This document shows, piece by piece, positions 1 to 15,486 of a stretch of DNA of 64,000 nucleotides. The stretch is from Candidatus Eiseniibacteriota bacterium (lineage in GTDB: Bacteria > Eisenbacteria > RBG-16-71-46): contig CAVSAC010000014.1 of NCBI GenBank assembly GCA_963725865.1, forward strand, positions 1,647,200 through 1,711,199, written 5' to 3'. Each line of letters begins with the position of its first letter. Within the stretch, counting starts at the first letter, position 1. Both the position numbers and the translations under genes were made by a program. Below the pieces are notes generated by a model. The model was not told the origin of the DNA. It worked only from the letters and a program-made list of their open reading frames with translations, and made no database searches.

Positions 1-804
1 TCCCACCAGCAGCGCGACCAGCCCGATCGCCCACACCGGCAGCTGCGCGGGGTTCATGACGAGGATCTGCTGCAGCCAGAAGTCCACGAAGCCGGTGCGC
101 ACCATCTTGCCCTGCGTCGCGTTGCGCATGAACTCGAGCGTCGGCCAGCCGTTCTGCGCCTGCCACAGCACGTGCGGCACGAACACCAGCCCCGCGATCG
201 CCGCGGCCACCCACGGCCACGGCGTGCGCAACACCTTGCGGTGCGGCGTGAGCACCAGCCCCAGGAACGCGCCGCCGGCGAACCACAGCATGCTGGTCTT
301 GTTGAGCAGCCCGAGGCCCAGCACCACGCCGAGCCCGATCCACGTCGCGGGCCGCTCGTGCGTGAGCGCGCGCAGCAGCAACAGCGCCGACAGCGTCCAG
401 AAGCACGTGTCGAACGCGTTCATGCTGAAGAAGTGGTCCACCACCAGCCATACGGGCGGCAGCACCGCGCACAGGCACGCGAGCGCCTGCGCGAATCGGC
501 GGCCGCCGAGCTCGCGCACCAGCAGCCCGGTCATCACCACGGTCGCCGCGCCCGAGAACGCGGGGAGCCAGCGCAGCGCCACCAGCGAGTCGCCGAACAG
601 CGCGCGGTTCAGCGCCAGCAGCGCGATCGAGAACGGCGGCTGGTCCACGTAGCCCCACGCCAGGTGCTTGCTGCACGCGATGTAGTACAGCTCGTCGCGG
701 AAGTAGCCGTAGTGCGTGATCGCCAGCGCGTGGAGCAGCAGCTTGAGAGCCGCGAACGCCAGCGGCACGGCGAGGGCGTCGGCGAAGGTCGGGCGACGGG
801 GCAT
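1..804 (-). CDS. Glycosyltransferase family 39 / ArnT-PMT-like membrane protein (runs off the window edge)
   Basis: Manual translation from ATG 804 (AGGAGG RBS upstream): MPRRPTFADALAVPLAFAALKLLLHALAITHYGYFRDELYYIACSKHLAWGYVDQPP. The RDELYY/GYVDQPP motifs are typical of GT39-like proteins. Confidence 0.8.
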   Translation of the reverse strand, partial: MPRRPTFADALAVPLAFAALKLLLHALAITHYGYFRDELYYIACSKHLAWGYVDQPPFSIALLALNRALFGDSLVALRWLPAFSGAATVVMTGLLVRELGGRRFAQALACLCAVLPPVWLVVDHFFSMNAFDTCFWTLSALLLLRALTHERPATWIGLGVVLGLGLLNKTSMLWFAGGAFLGLVLTPHRKVLRTPWPWVAAAIAGLVFVPHVLWQAQNGWPTLEFMRNATQGKMVRTGFVDFWLQQILVMNPAQLPVWAIGLVALLVG

Positions 805-971
805 CGGGGCCTCCTGAGGGGCGCGGGCAGCGGCGGCAGACTAAGGTGGCCGGGAGCCGGCCGCAACGGCCGAGTGCGTGAGTCCGCACGGAGCAGCGCT
901 CGCCACCTCCGCGGTCTCGCGTCCGATTCGGCGCTTGACGTCCGTGCGCCGGCTCCGGCACCTTGCTCGCC

Positions 972-1385
972 ATGCTGCGCCATCTTCGCACCCCGTGGCC
1001 GGGCCTCGTCGGCCTCGCGCTCGCCTCCCTCACGCTGCTGCCGCCCGATGGCTGGGCGCTGTGCGTGGCGCCGGGCGGCCACATCGAGCTCGAGCCGCTC
1101 GCGCTCGACGGGGCCGCGGGTTGCTGCACCGCTCCCGCGCCGCTCTCCGGCGATGACGTGACCTCCGCGGACAGCGACTGTGAATCCTGCAGCGACGTGG
1201 TGGCGTTCTCTGGCAGCGTGCTGCCGTGCCGCCCGCTGCACGTCGACGTGCCCTCCGTCCTCGCGCCGGCCGTGCTCGTCTCGCTCGCCGCGCCCTACGA
1301 GTACGGGACATCCGCCGTGCGCGCCACCGCGCTCGCGCCGTCCCCACCGGGCACCCTCCGCACCGGCACCCTCCTGCGCAACTGA
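972..1385 (+). CDS. Small exported Cys/His-containing protein upstream of the czc operon (putative metal-binding)
   Basis: Hydrophobic N-terminus; motifs LCVAPGGH, GCC and DCESC; position ahead of a heavy-metal RND operon. Confidence 0.55.
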   Translation: MLRHLRTPWPGLVGLALASLTLLPPDGWALCVAPGGHIELEPLALDGAAGCCTAPAPLSGDDVTSADSDCESCSDVVAFSGSVLPCRPLHVDVPSVLAPAVLVSLAAPYEYGTSAVRATALAPSPPGTLRTGTLLRN

Positions 1386-1486
1386 TCCACCTCCGGCCGT
1401 CTTCGCGCGCGACGTCCTGACGACGTCGTGCGCGTGGCTTCACGACGCCCGCGCCGAGATTCCCCACGTCTCCCGGAGGTGTTTCC

Positions 1487-2740
1487 GTGTCCCATCCCAT
1501 ACGCAACTCCCTCATCCTCGCGATCGCCGGGATGGCCACGCTCGCGAGCGCGAGCCGGTCCGCGCCCCTCGATCTCGACGAGGCCGTACGGCGCGCGCTC
1601 GCGGCCCACCCCGCGCTGCGTGCCGCGCGACTCGAGACGCGCGCGGCCGCCGCGCGCGTGCGCGACGCCGCGCGCCGGCCGGCTCCGTCGCTGTCGGCCG
1701 AGCTCGAGGATCTCGGCGGCCGCGCCGGGGTCGACGGCGCGCAGGCCACGCTCGTGCTCGCCCAGCCGCTCGAGCTCGGCGGGGACCGGTCCGCGCGCGC
1801 GGGCGCCGCGCGCGCGACGATGGCGCTCGCCGAGGCCGGGGCCACGGCGTTGGAGCGCGAGGTCGCCGCCGAGGCCACCGAGGCGTTCCTGGACGCGTGG
1901 CTGGCAGAGCAGCGCGTCGCCCGCGAACGTGCGGCTGAACCGCACACGAACGAGGCGGTGCGCGCCGCCGGCGAGCGCCTGCGTGCCGGGGCCGCGCCCG
2001 CATCCGAGCGCGCACGGGCCGAGTTGTTCGCCGCGCTGCGCGCGATCGAGCGCCGCCGCGCCGAGGCTGCCCGGGGCGGGGCGCGCCGCCGCCTGGCCCG
2101 CACCTGGGGCATGGACTCGCTCGACGCGGACTCGCTGGCGCTGACCGCGCCGCCACACACGGCGCCGGCCGCGGCGGAAGTCCTGCTGGCGCGGCTCACG
2201 GTGAACCCCGAGCGCCGCCGCGCCGAGGCGGAGACGGAGGCGGCCGCGTGGCGGGTCCGCGAAGCCCGCGCCGCGCGCACCGCCGACCTGGATGCGAGCG
2301 CCGGAGTGCGACGCCTGCCCGAGAGCGGCGGCACCGCGCTGGTGGCGAGCATCTCGCTGCCGCTCCCGTTGTGGGGGCGAGCGGACGGCGAGGTCGAGGC
2401 CGCGAGCGCCGAGCGCGACGCGGTGCACCTGCGCGAGGAGGCGACCGCGCGCCGGCTCGCCCAGGAGCTGCGCGGCGCGCTGGATGAGCTGCGCGCGGCG
2501 GAGGAAGCGTGGGAGACGGCGCGCGGAGCGCTGAGCGCGGCCGCGGACGAAGCACTCACCTCGGTCACCGCGGCTTATCGGAGCGGGCGATCGGGGTACC
2601 CCGAGATCGCCGAGAGCCAGCGCACTCGGCTCGAGGTCGAAGTCGTGCGGGCCGAGGCGCTCGCCGCGCTGTGGCGTGCGCGTACCGCGGTGGAGCGGCT
2701 CACCGGAATGCCGCTCGAGGCGGCGGAGGAAGGAAGATGA
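1487..2740 (+). CDS. czcC: TolC-family outer membrane efflux protein (CzcC-like)
   Basis: Signal peptide, LDLDEAVRRALAAHP, helical Ala/Arg-rich repeats, SLPLPLW; precedes the MFP and RND genes. Confidence 0.8.
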   Translation: MSHPIRNSLILAIAGMATLASASRSAPLDLDEAVRRALAAHPALRAARLETRAAAARVRDAARRPAPSLSAELEDLGGRAGVDGAQATLVLAQPLELGGDRSARAGAARATMALAEAGATALEREVAAEATEAFLDAWLAEQRVARERAAEPHTNEAVRAAGERLRAGAAPASERARAELFAALRAIERRRAEAARGGARRRLARTWGMDSLDADSLALTAPPHTAPAAAEVLLARLTVNPERRRAEAETEAAAWRVREARAARTADLDASAGVRRLPESGGTALVASISLPLPLWGRADGEVEAASAERDAVHLREEATARRLAQELRGALDELRAAEEAWETARGALSAAADEALTSVTAAYRSGRSGYPEIAESQRTRLEVEVVRAEALAALWRARTAVERLTGMPLEAAEEGR

Positions 2741-3724
2741 GCGCCAGGATCGTCGCACTCGGACTCTCGCTCCTGCTGGTCGCGGGCTGCGGAACCGCAG
2801 GCGGCCGGCACGCGAAGGATGACGAGTCGGTGGCCGACTCGCGTGGTCCGGCGCCCGCGGGTGCCGCGCGGCCGGCGGACGAGCACGCGGGTGAGGGCGA
2901 AGGCGAGCAGATCGAGGGGCGCGTGACGCTCGCGCCCGCCGCGGTACGCGCCGGCGGGATCGAATCCGCGCCGGCCGGGCCGCGCGCCATCGAGGTCACC
3001 GTCGAGGCGCCCGGCGAGGTGCGCCTGGACGCGGAGCGCGTGGTGCAGGTGCGGCCCCGCTACGCCGGCGTCGTGCGAGCGCTGTCGCCGCGGCTTGGTG
3101 ACCGCGTGCGCGAAGGCGACCTGGTGGCCGTCGTCCAGAGCAACGAAAGCCTCACCGACTACGAGGTGCGGGCGCCGCTCGCGGGAACGGTGGTGGCGCG
3201 CGATGTCGCCGCCGGTCAGGCCGTCGACGGCGCCAGCGTGCTCGTCACCATCGCCGACCTGCGCGCCGTGTGGGTCGACTTCGCGCTCTATCCGCGCATC
3301 GCCGGGCGCGTGCGCGCGGGCCAGCCGGCGCGCGTGCGCGCCACCTCCGACACCGCGCTGAGCGTGCGCGGGCGCGTCGATTTCGTGGGACCGCTGCTCG
3401 AGCAGGACACGCGCGTCTCGCATGGCCGCGTCGTGCTCGCGAACCACGACGGGCGCTGGTCGCCCGGGCTGTTCGTGGACGTGGCGGTCACGGTGGACCG
3501 GGCGCGCGTGGCGCTCGCGGTGCCCGAGGAGGCCTTGGTGCGCACCGCCGATGGCCCCGCGGTGTTCGTCGCGGAGGACTCCGCGTTCGAGTTGCGGCGG
3601 GTGCGTCCCGGGCGCAGCGACGGCGAGTGGACCGAGATCCTTTCCGGGCTCGCGGCCGGCGAGCGCGTCGTGGTGCGCAACGCCTACCTGCTCAAGGCCG
3701 AGCTGACCAAGGGGGAGGCGAGCC

Positions 3725-3735
<11 letters not shown>
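2737..3735 (+). CDS. czcB: Efflux RND periplasmic adaptor (CzcB-like)
   Basis: ATGA overlap with czcC; lipobox LVAGC; VRAPLAGTVV lipoyl half-motif; EILSGLAAGERVV; His-rich tail. Confidence 0.85.
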
Positions 3736-6949
<3,214 letters not shown>

Positions 6950-7105
6950 GGGAGTTGCGGTGAACACCGAGCGGTGCGCGGCGATCGTGGCAGGCCCGCC
7001 CGCGTGCCAAGACGGCGCAGTGCGCGAGGCGCGCGGAGTGCTGGGAGTGACGCAAGTGGACTGCAGCGTGTTTCAAAACTCCGAAAGGCGGAGTAGGCTG
7101 GCGCA

Positions 7106-8173
7106 ATGATTTCACACGTGAAGGCGAGGTCTGTCTTGCGAACCGTCTCGCGCAACACCGCTGTCGTGGCCCTCGTACTGGCGATGATGGCGCCGAACGC
7201 GGCCTCTGCCTTGACCACCGCCGAATTCGTGCGCGCCGCACTCCGCGACGAGGTGGCAGCGGCCTCTGATTCCTCCGCTGGCGTGTTGTTTGGGGTGCTC
7301 GACAGCCTCGGAGTCGAGCCGCGGATCTGGGCCGAAGGCGCGGTGAGCGTGGACGATGAACTCCGGCTCGGATGCCCGACTGCGAAGCCGATCCTCGCCT
7401 ACCTCATCCTCAACCGACGGATTCCGCTCCAGGCGCGGATCACGCGATGGTTCCCCGAGCGCGATGGGTACACGCGGGCGCACGACATCCAGGTGCGGTA
7501 CCTGTTGCTCAACTCGAGTGGCATCCGCGACTACGTCCCGATGATTCCGGTGCATCCAGACTCGGCGGTGACCCCGGAGCGGACGATCGAGCTCGCGTAC
7601 CGTCATCGGACATTGCTGTTCGACCCGGGCCAGGGCTTCGAGTACTCGAACACGAACGCCAGCTTGCTCGGCTGCATCCTCAGGGTGGAGATGAGCGAGA
7701 GCGTGGATGCGCTCGTTCGCGCACGCTTCGCCGCGATCGCGCCGTCCCTCCGCTACGATGACGGTCATGGGCGTTATCCGCGCGGCTACCCCGGGCCGTG
7801 GCCCTACCACTGGAGCTGCCCGGGCTACGGTGGCGGGCTCATCGGCACCGCTGCCGATGCGATGAAGGCATTCGCGTGGATCGCGTCGCAGCCGGAGTTC
7901 GCGCAGATGACGCGATGGTCGAAGCCAGACGGGTCGCCGGAACGAGCCGAGACCGATCACCGTCTCGGGCTCGGCCTGTTCGGCCGGAGAGATCTCGCGG
8001 GATGCGGACCGGCTGCGTTCTACGATGGCGACCTCGGACCCTGTCAGATGATCCTGGCCTGCGTCCGCGGCCGCGTCTTCTACGTCGCGACCACCCATCC
8101 GGTCGGACTCGAACGCCTGAACGCGGTGTTCTCGCGGCTGGTGGCGAGATGCGTCGCGACCGGTGATGACTAG
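7106..8173 (+). CDS. Beta-lactamase/serine hydrolase-fold exported protein
   Basis: Signal peptide; LLLNSSGI and PGQGFEYSNTN (YxN) motifs; the SxxK position reads GCPTAK. Confidence 0.65.
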   Translation: MISHVKARSVLRTVSRNTAVVALVLAMMAPNAASALTTAEFVRAALRDEVAAASDSSAGVLFGVLDSLGVEPRIWAEGAVSVDDELRLGCPTAKPILAYLILNRRIPLQARITRWFPERDGYTRAHDIQVRYLLLNSSGIRDYVPMIPVHPDSAVTPERTIELAYRHRTLLFDPGQGFEYSNTNASLLGCILRVEMSESVDALVRARFAAIAPSLRYDDGHGRYPRGYPGPWPYHWSCPGYGGGLIGTAADAMKAFAWIASQPEFAQMTRWSKPDGSPERAETDHRLGLGLFGRRDLAGCGPAAFYDGDLGPCQMILACVRGRVFYVATTHPVGLERLNAVFSRLVARCVATGDD

Positions 8174-8410
8174 CACGGGTTCCAGGACCTGCTGAGCCGG
8201 CGCAGACGAACCATCCGAACGCGACGCGCCAGGACGGTCGCAGGCTGTGGCGCTACGTTCGCCGCTGGATCGTCGAGCGCACGTTCGCGTGGCTGGGCGG
8301 GTGTCGTCGCCTGCTGGTTCGCCACGAGCGGCTCCTCTGCGTCCACGCCGCATTCTTCCACCTGGCCTGTGCGATGCTCACGCTTCGACAGGTCTTGAAA
8401 TGAGTTCTAG
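8170..8410 (+). mobile_element. IS5-family remnant (internally deleted, MITE-like)
   Basis: Frame ending at 8403 reads RRWIVERTFAWLGGCRRLLVRHERLLCVHAAFFHLACAMLTLRQVLK*, an IS5 DDE C-terminus; CTAG at 8170-8173 and 8407-8410; imperfect inverted ends. Confidence 0.7.
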
Positions 8411-8423
8411 ACTCCGCGCCGCC

Positions 8424-10337
<1,914 letters not shown>

Positions 10338-10417
10338 CGATGGCGCAGAAGGCGAGATACGAGACGACCGGCCGAGTAGGATGCGTGACTCGCGAGTAGC
10401 TAAGCGTGACTTGAGGA

Positions 10418-12451
10418 GTGCATATTTCCGATATGGAATCCAATCTGACTCCGCAATCGCGAAGTGCAGCCTGGTATGGGGCTCCGATCAAGCTGTTCCT
10501 TGAGGCGCACGAGGATCTGATCCTCGGTGTCCTGACCAGAGCGAGTGTCTTTGAGGTCACGCCTTCGCAGAGCGCAGCCTGGGTACGCGAGATCTCGATC
10601 CTGAAGTCTGCTCTTGTTGGGGTGCCGGGCTGGATCTTCCTCGAATTCGATGTTCCTCGACTCGGGAGTCGCATCGATGCAGTAGTGGTAAGCGATGCAG
10701 CACTAATACCCATCGAATTCAAAGTAGGAGAGCGGGTGTTCTTAGGTCCAGATCACAATCAGGCGTGGGACTACGGTCTCGACCTTAAGAACTTCCATGC
10801 CGCAAGCCACGACTCGCCGATCTACCCAGTTCTCCTAGCGACGGACGCCGCCGAATCGACTTGCGAATGGCCATCGGCGCACCCTGATGGAGTCCGTGAG
10901 CCACGCCATGTCAACGCACACGAGCTTGCGGCTGCAGTCGCTGATGCGCGACTGGATGCAACAGGGCCGCTCCTCGACGGGGATGCATGGTCAAGAGCCT
11001 CATACCATCCAACTCCCACAATAGTCGAAGCAGCGCAGGCGCTGTATTCACGTCACACAGTAGAGGCAATAGCTCGGAATGACGCAGGGGCGAAGAACCT
11101 CTCGATTACGTCTCAGAGTGTTGAGGGCGTGATTGAAAAGGCCGCATGCGAGCGGTTCAAAGCGATTGTCTTCGTAACGGGTGTGCCTGGAGCAGGGAAG
11201 ACACTTGTGGGGCTCAACATCGCAACTCGGCGAAGAAGAGTCGATGACGCGGCGCACGCGGTCTTCCTCTCCGGCAATGGTCCGCTGGTGGCGGTGCTGC
11301 GGGAAGCGCTGACTCGAGACGAGGTGGCGCGGCTGAAGTCGAAGGGCGGTGCGACTCGCAAGGGCGAGGTCGCACAGCGGGTGAAGTCTTTCATTCAGTT
11401 GGTGCATCATTTTCGCGATGACGGCATTCGAACGCGCGAGACGAAGGAAGTGCCTCATGACCGCGTCGTGATCTTCGATGAGGCCCAACGTGCTTGGGAC
11501 TTGGCCAAAACCGCGGACTTCATGAAGCGAAAGAAGGGGGTGCCGGGCTTCAATCAGTCAGAGCCGCAGTTCCTCATCGACTATATGGATCGCCATCGAG
11601 ACTGGGCAGTGATCATCTGTTTGGTCGGGGGCGGACAGGAGATCCATGACGGTGAAGCGGGAGGAATCAGTACGTGGCTCGACGCGTTGAGAGAGCACTT
11701 CTCGGCGAAGTGGCGTGTCTATATCTCCTCTGAACTGACAGACAGCGAGTATGCGGCCGGGCAAGCCATTGAGAGGCTCAAAGGCGTGTCAAGCGTCGAG
11801 CAGCTTAGTTCACTCCATCTCGCCACCTCGATGAGGTCGTTTCGTTCGGAGAGAGTGTCGGCCTTTGTGAAGGCGTTGCTTGATCTCGACGCAGCAACCG
11901 CGCGGGAGATGCTAGAGGCAGTAACAAGGCGGTATCCGATTGTGCTGACGCGGAGCATCGAGAAGGCGCGAGCATGGCTTCGGGGGCGAGCGCGAGGTTC
12001 CGAGCGCTATGGGCTCGTCGCCAGCTCGGGCGCCTCTCGGCTAAAACCGCACGCTATCGACGTGCGCGTAAAGGTGAATCCCGTGCACTGGTTCCTCAAT
12101 GGTGCTGACGACACGCGATCGAGCTACTACCTTGAAGACGTCGCCACCGAGTACCAGATCCAAGGCCTCGAGCTGGACTGGATCGGTGTCACCTGGGACG
12201 CGGACCTTCGTTTCGACGGAAAGAAGTGGCAGCACCACTCGTTTAGCGCGAAGGGATGGCAGAAGGTCAAGCAGCCAGAGCGGAAGCAGTACTTGCTGAA
12301 TGCCTACCGCGTGCTGCTCACGCGCGCTCGCCAAGGCATGGTGATCTTTGTGCCGCCAGGTGATCAGGCTGATCCGACTCGGCCCCCCGGCTACTACGAC
12401 CCCACGTATCAGTACCTGCAACGTGTCGGAATGCCCTCCATCGACCCCTAA
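10418..12451 (+). CDS. DUF2075 / Schlafen group 3-like DNA/RNA helicase-domain protein (start may be ATG 10433)
   Basis: Walker A GVPGAGKT, IFDEAQRAW, IQGLELDW, NAYRVLLTRARQG; N-terminal RIDAV..IEFK nuclease-like motif; visibly lower GC. Confidence 0.8.
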   Translation: MHISDMESNLTPQSRSAAWYGAPIKLFLEAHEDLILGVLTRASVFEVTPSQSAAWVREISILKSALVGVPGWIFLEFDVPRLGSRIDAVVVSDAALIPIEFKVGERVFLGPDHNQAWDYGLDLKNFHAASHDSPIYPVLLATDAAESTCEWPSAHPDGVREPRHVNAHELAAAVADARLDATGPLLDGDAWSRASYHPTPTIVEAAQALYSRHTVEAIARNDAGAKNLSITSQSVEGVIEKAACERFKAIVFVTGVPGAGKTLVGLNIATRRRRVDDAAHAVFLSGNGPLVAVLREALTRDEVARLKSKGGATRKGEVAQRVKSFIQLVHHFRDDGIRTRETKEVPHDRVVIFDEAQRAWDLAKTADFMKRKKGVPGFNQSEPQFLIDYMDRHRDWAVIICLVGGGQEIHDGEAGGISTWLDALREHFSAKWRVYISSELTDSEYAAGQAIERLKGVSSVEQLSSLHLATSMRSFRSERVSAFVKALLDLDAATAREMLEAVTRRYPIVLTRSIEKARAWLRGRARGSERYGLVASSGASRLKPHAIDVRVKVNPVHWFLNGADDTRSSYYLEDVATEYQIQGLELDWIGVTWDADLRFDGKKWQHHSFSAKGWQKVKQPERKQYLLNAYRVLLTRARQGMVIFVPPGDQADPTRPPGYYDPTYQYLQRVGMPSIDP

Positions 12452-12544
12452 GTGAGCCAGGACGCTGCCGGGCCTTTGCCAGGCTTGTTCCCGGGCAGTG
12501 CTTCTCCCTTGCCATCCCCCGCTCGCCCAGGCCAGGCTGCGCGT

Positions 12545-12898
12545 ATGCCTCCTCGCGACGACCCCGCGATCCTCGAAGCACTCGAACGCGAGCGCGCGGA
12601 CCTGATCGGCAACGCCACGGTCCTCGCGTACGCCGGCACGTTCTTCGACGATCCGGTCGCCACGTTCGAGGTGGTCTGCATGGCGTCGAACCTCGTCGAC
12701 GACTTCGACGATTACGGGCCCGTGATCCAGGCGGACGAGGACGGCGAGTACTCGCCGGACATCTCCATCCAGCGCCTCCGCGCTGCGCGCGACGGCCTGT
12801 TCGCGGCGTACGATTCCCGCCCGCGGCTGCCGTTCCTCTGGCACTCTCGCGAGGTCGGCTGCTTCCCACGCCCACGTACGTTCCCCGGAGGCCCCGCC
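12545..12898 (+). CDS. Acidic hypothetical ORF reading in frame into the DinB pseudogene (own stop possibly lost)
   Basis: Host-like codon usage (MPPRDDPAILEALERE...); no stop before the GGAGG/ATG 12899 of the next gene. Confidence 0.35.
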
Positions 12899-13769
12899 AT
12901 GTCCACGCAGTCCCTCTCCGAGCGCGACGGCTACGTCGCTACGTTCGACCGCGAGACGTCCACCACGCTGCGGCTGATGCGCGAGTTCCCGGCCGCGAGT
13001 CTCGACCTCCAGCCGTCCGAGAAGTCGGGCCGCGCGCGCGACATCCTGTGGGTGCTCACGGTGGGTCCGCTGGTCGTCACGCGCATGCTGGGCGGCACGC
13101 CGGTCGATCCGAAGACCATGCCGAAGCCGCCGGCCACGTTGCCGGAGCTGCTCGCAGCGTTCGAGCGGGCCAAGGCCGTCGCGCTCGCCGCGCTTATTGA
13201 TCAGTGCATAAGTAATGACCCATTCCGGCGCCAGACCTGCCGGATCTTGGCGAGCGCGCCTTCAACCTCGATGGGAGCTTCGGAACTCGGCTGCCGTTGA
13301 GCCCCAACTGGCTCAACCCCTCACGCGAGGCGTTTCGGGTCCCCAGAGGGTGGGCAGACTCCGCCCGGTCGAGCGACCAGTCGACGAGGTCTAACCCGTC
13401 GTGCCCATGCGCCCCGGGACGCGGGCCTGGCCATCGAAGGTAGGCCCCGTGCGGGACGAAGTCGTCGAATGATAGAGTTCGACGTTTCTGGGGTCAGTCG
13501 GCCTGTCGCCGCAACGAGTTGCAGGATCGGGCCGCGGCCCGCAACGCGAATCACTCAGTGATAGCTTCTGGTAAGAACTCTATCATTCGAGGGGGCTTGG
13601 TCAACCCGGGTTGTCCACAGGGCGTGTGCGAGGATCTTCCCCCAGAGGAGTCGATGAAACAGGGGGCCACGACGGCGCAGCGACAGGCTGATAGACTCCG
13701 CGCGGGCTTGAGCAGGTGAAGGAACATGTCAAAGGGCGCCGAGGTTTCGCGTCCCAATGGGGGGTACGC

Positions 13770-14390
13770 ATGGGCCGCAGCAGAGTCGTCCGCGCCATTC
13801 AGGTGGGGATCATCATCGTATCGCTCGCCGGCAGCCGCGCTGTCCGCGCCGAGGTCGCGCTCGGCGCGTCGTTCGGCTACACACACTTCTCCTATCCCAA
13901 CACCCCGCGCTTCAAGGACGACGTCTTCGGATTCCCCGGTACCCAGGCGTGGGGACAGCCGGGGCTCCGCATCGGCTATCGCGCGCGGGGTGGTCGCTGG
14001 GACCTGAACACTGATGTTGGTCTCGTGAACGTGCACCATTCCGGGACCATCGGAGCCGACGAGACGACGATCGAGGCGCTGCCGCAATTCCAGGCGAACG
14101 CCCCGAGCTGGCGCGGGCTGAGCCCGTTCGTGAACGGCGGTGTGGGCATCGTCTACGAGACCGCGCTCACGGCGTACGGTAGCTCGTTTACCGCGACACG
14201 TCCCGTGTTTGGCGCCGGCATCGGCCTGCGAAAGCCAGTGAGCGACGGCCACGGGTTCATCCGAGCCGAGTTTCGCTACGACCACCTGCCCGAGCACGTG
14301 ACGGGGCTGAGCCCCTCCGACAACTTTACCTTCCCGGCCACCGACCTGTTCTCGGTCAAGTTCGGTTTCGACCTGGTTGTGGCGCACTGA
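13770..14390 (+). CDS. Outer membrane beta-barrel-like protein (cargo)
   Basis: Signal peptide, amphipathic strands, SPFVNGGVG, terminal VKFGFDL strand. Confidence 0.6.
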   Translation: MGRSRVVRAIQVGIIIVSLAGSRAVRAEVALGASFGYTHFSYPNTPRFKDDVFGFPGTQAWGQPGLRIGYRARGGRWDLNTDVGLVNVHHSGTIGADETTIEALPQFQANAPSWRGLSPFVNGGVGIVYETALTAYGSSFTATRPVFGAGIGLRKPVSDGHGFIRAEFRYDHLPEHVTGLSPSDNFTFPATDLFSVKFGFDLVVAH

Positions 14391-14490
14391 ATCAGAGCGT
14401 GGAATGGGAGTGAAGGACCTTGAGACCCGTCGGCCCGGTCATCGAGTTGGAAGTGTGCGCGACGGCGTTTCGGAGGTAGCGAGGCATGAC

Positions 14491-15486
14491 ATGTTAATGC
14501 TTGTGCGGCCGGCCACGAGGTCGTTCGCCTATTGGATCCGCTTGGCCGCTGTCGCGGGCTACCTGATGCTGTCGGCCGGGTGCGGCGATTCCTCCTTCGA
14601 CCCGAGGCATTTGGATCCGTGGTTCGCGGCAGTGGGTGGCTCATCTGCCAACGACGTCTACGCGGTCGGGTCCTCGACGATCTGGCACTACGACGGCCGT
14701 CGCTGGGCCGCCGAGGGCGATTTCTCAGCGTTCATGAACGGCGTCTGGGCACCGGCAAGCAACGACGCGTATATCGCGTGGAGCAGCCCTGACGGTGGGC
14801 TCACCGGGAAGGTCTATCATTTCGATGGTCGCGCCTGGAGTGTGGTGGCCTCCGCCCCGGCGGCGCTCGAGTCTGCCTGGGGCACCTCGGGACGCGATGT
14901 GTACGCGGTGGGGCGCGAGGGATGGATCCTGCACTACGACGGCAGCACCTGGAGCGCCTTTACCACCGGTCGGCACGAATGGCTGCAGGGTATCTGGGGA
15001 AGCTCCCCGCAGGACGTGTTCGTCGCTGGCCCAGTAGACTCGATCCTCCACTACGACGGCGCGCGGTGGACCCGTCAGTACACGGGTGCGCCATCGCTCG
15101 CTGTGTGGGGTAGCTCAAGCCATGACGTGTTCGCGGTGGGCGGGCCCTACATCACGCACTACGACGGCGTGAGCTGGAGTCCTCAGGTGAGCGGCACCAC
15201 GAACAACCTGTTCGGGATATGGGGCAGCGCGCCGAACGACGTATTCGCGGTGGGCACAAATGGCACCATCTTGCACTACGACGGCGCCGGATGGAGCGCG
15301 CAGGCGAGCGGCACGACCGGACATCTGTACGGGGTTTGGGGAAGCTCGAAGTACAACGTATTCGCCGTTGGGCAAGAAGCGATCCTGCGCTACGACGGTA
15401 CCCGTTGGAGCCCACCTATCACCGCCCCCCCGTCGCCCCTTGCCCCCTCCCGAGCGGGCCCTGCTCGTCGCCTGACGGCGCCGTAG
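14491..15486 (+). CDS. Lipoprotein with WGSSxxDVFAVG...ILHYDG beta-propeller repeats (cargo)
   Basis: Lipobox LSAGC; about 7 repeats of WG(S/T)SxxDV(F/Y)AVG..HYDGxxW. Confidence 0.7.
   Translation: MLMLVRPATRSFAYWIRLAAVAGYLMLSAGCGDSSFDPRHLDPWFAAVGGSSANDVYAVGSSTIWHYDGRRWAAEGDFSAFMNGVWAPASNDAYIAWSSPDGGLTGKVYHFDGRAWSVVASAPAALESAWGTSGRDVYAVGREGWILHYDGSTWSAFTTGRHEWLQGIWGSSPQDVFVAGPVDSILHYDGARWTRQYTGAPSLAVWGSSSHDVFAVGGPYITHYDGVSWSPQVSGTTNNLFGIWGSAPNDVFAVGTNGTILHYDGAGWSAQASGTTGHLYGVWGSSKYNVFAVGQEAILRYDGTRWSPPITAPPSPLAPSRAGPARRLTAP

Noticed and set aside
7061..7082. GTGTTTCAAAACT, possibly a second IS5 end that would bracket the beta-lactamase-like gene
   Set aside because: Only about 12/20 match to the right end and no CTAG; too weak to call.
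15261..15275. TGGCACCATCTTGCA, resembling a sigma54 promoter
   Set aside because: Spacing is GG-N9-GC rather than N10, and it lies inside a coding repeat.
14630..15410. Recurrent CACTACGACGGC repeats that could mimic a CRISPR array
   Set aside because: They encode the HYDG motif of protein repeats; no cas genes or constant repeat-spacer structure anywhere in the window.
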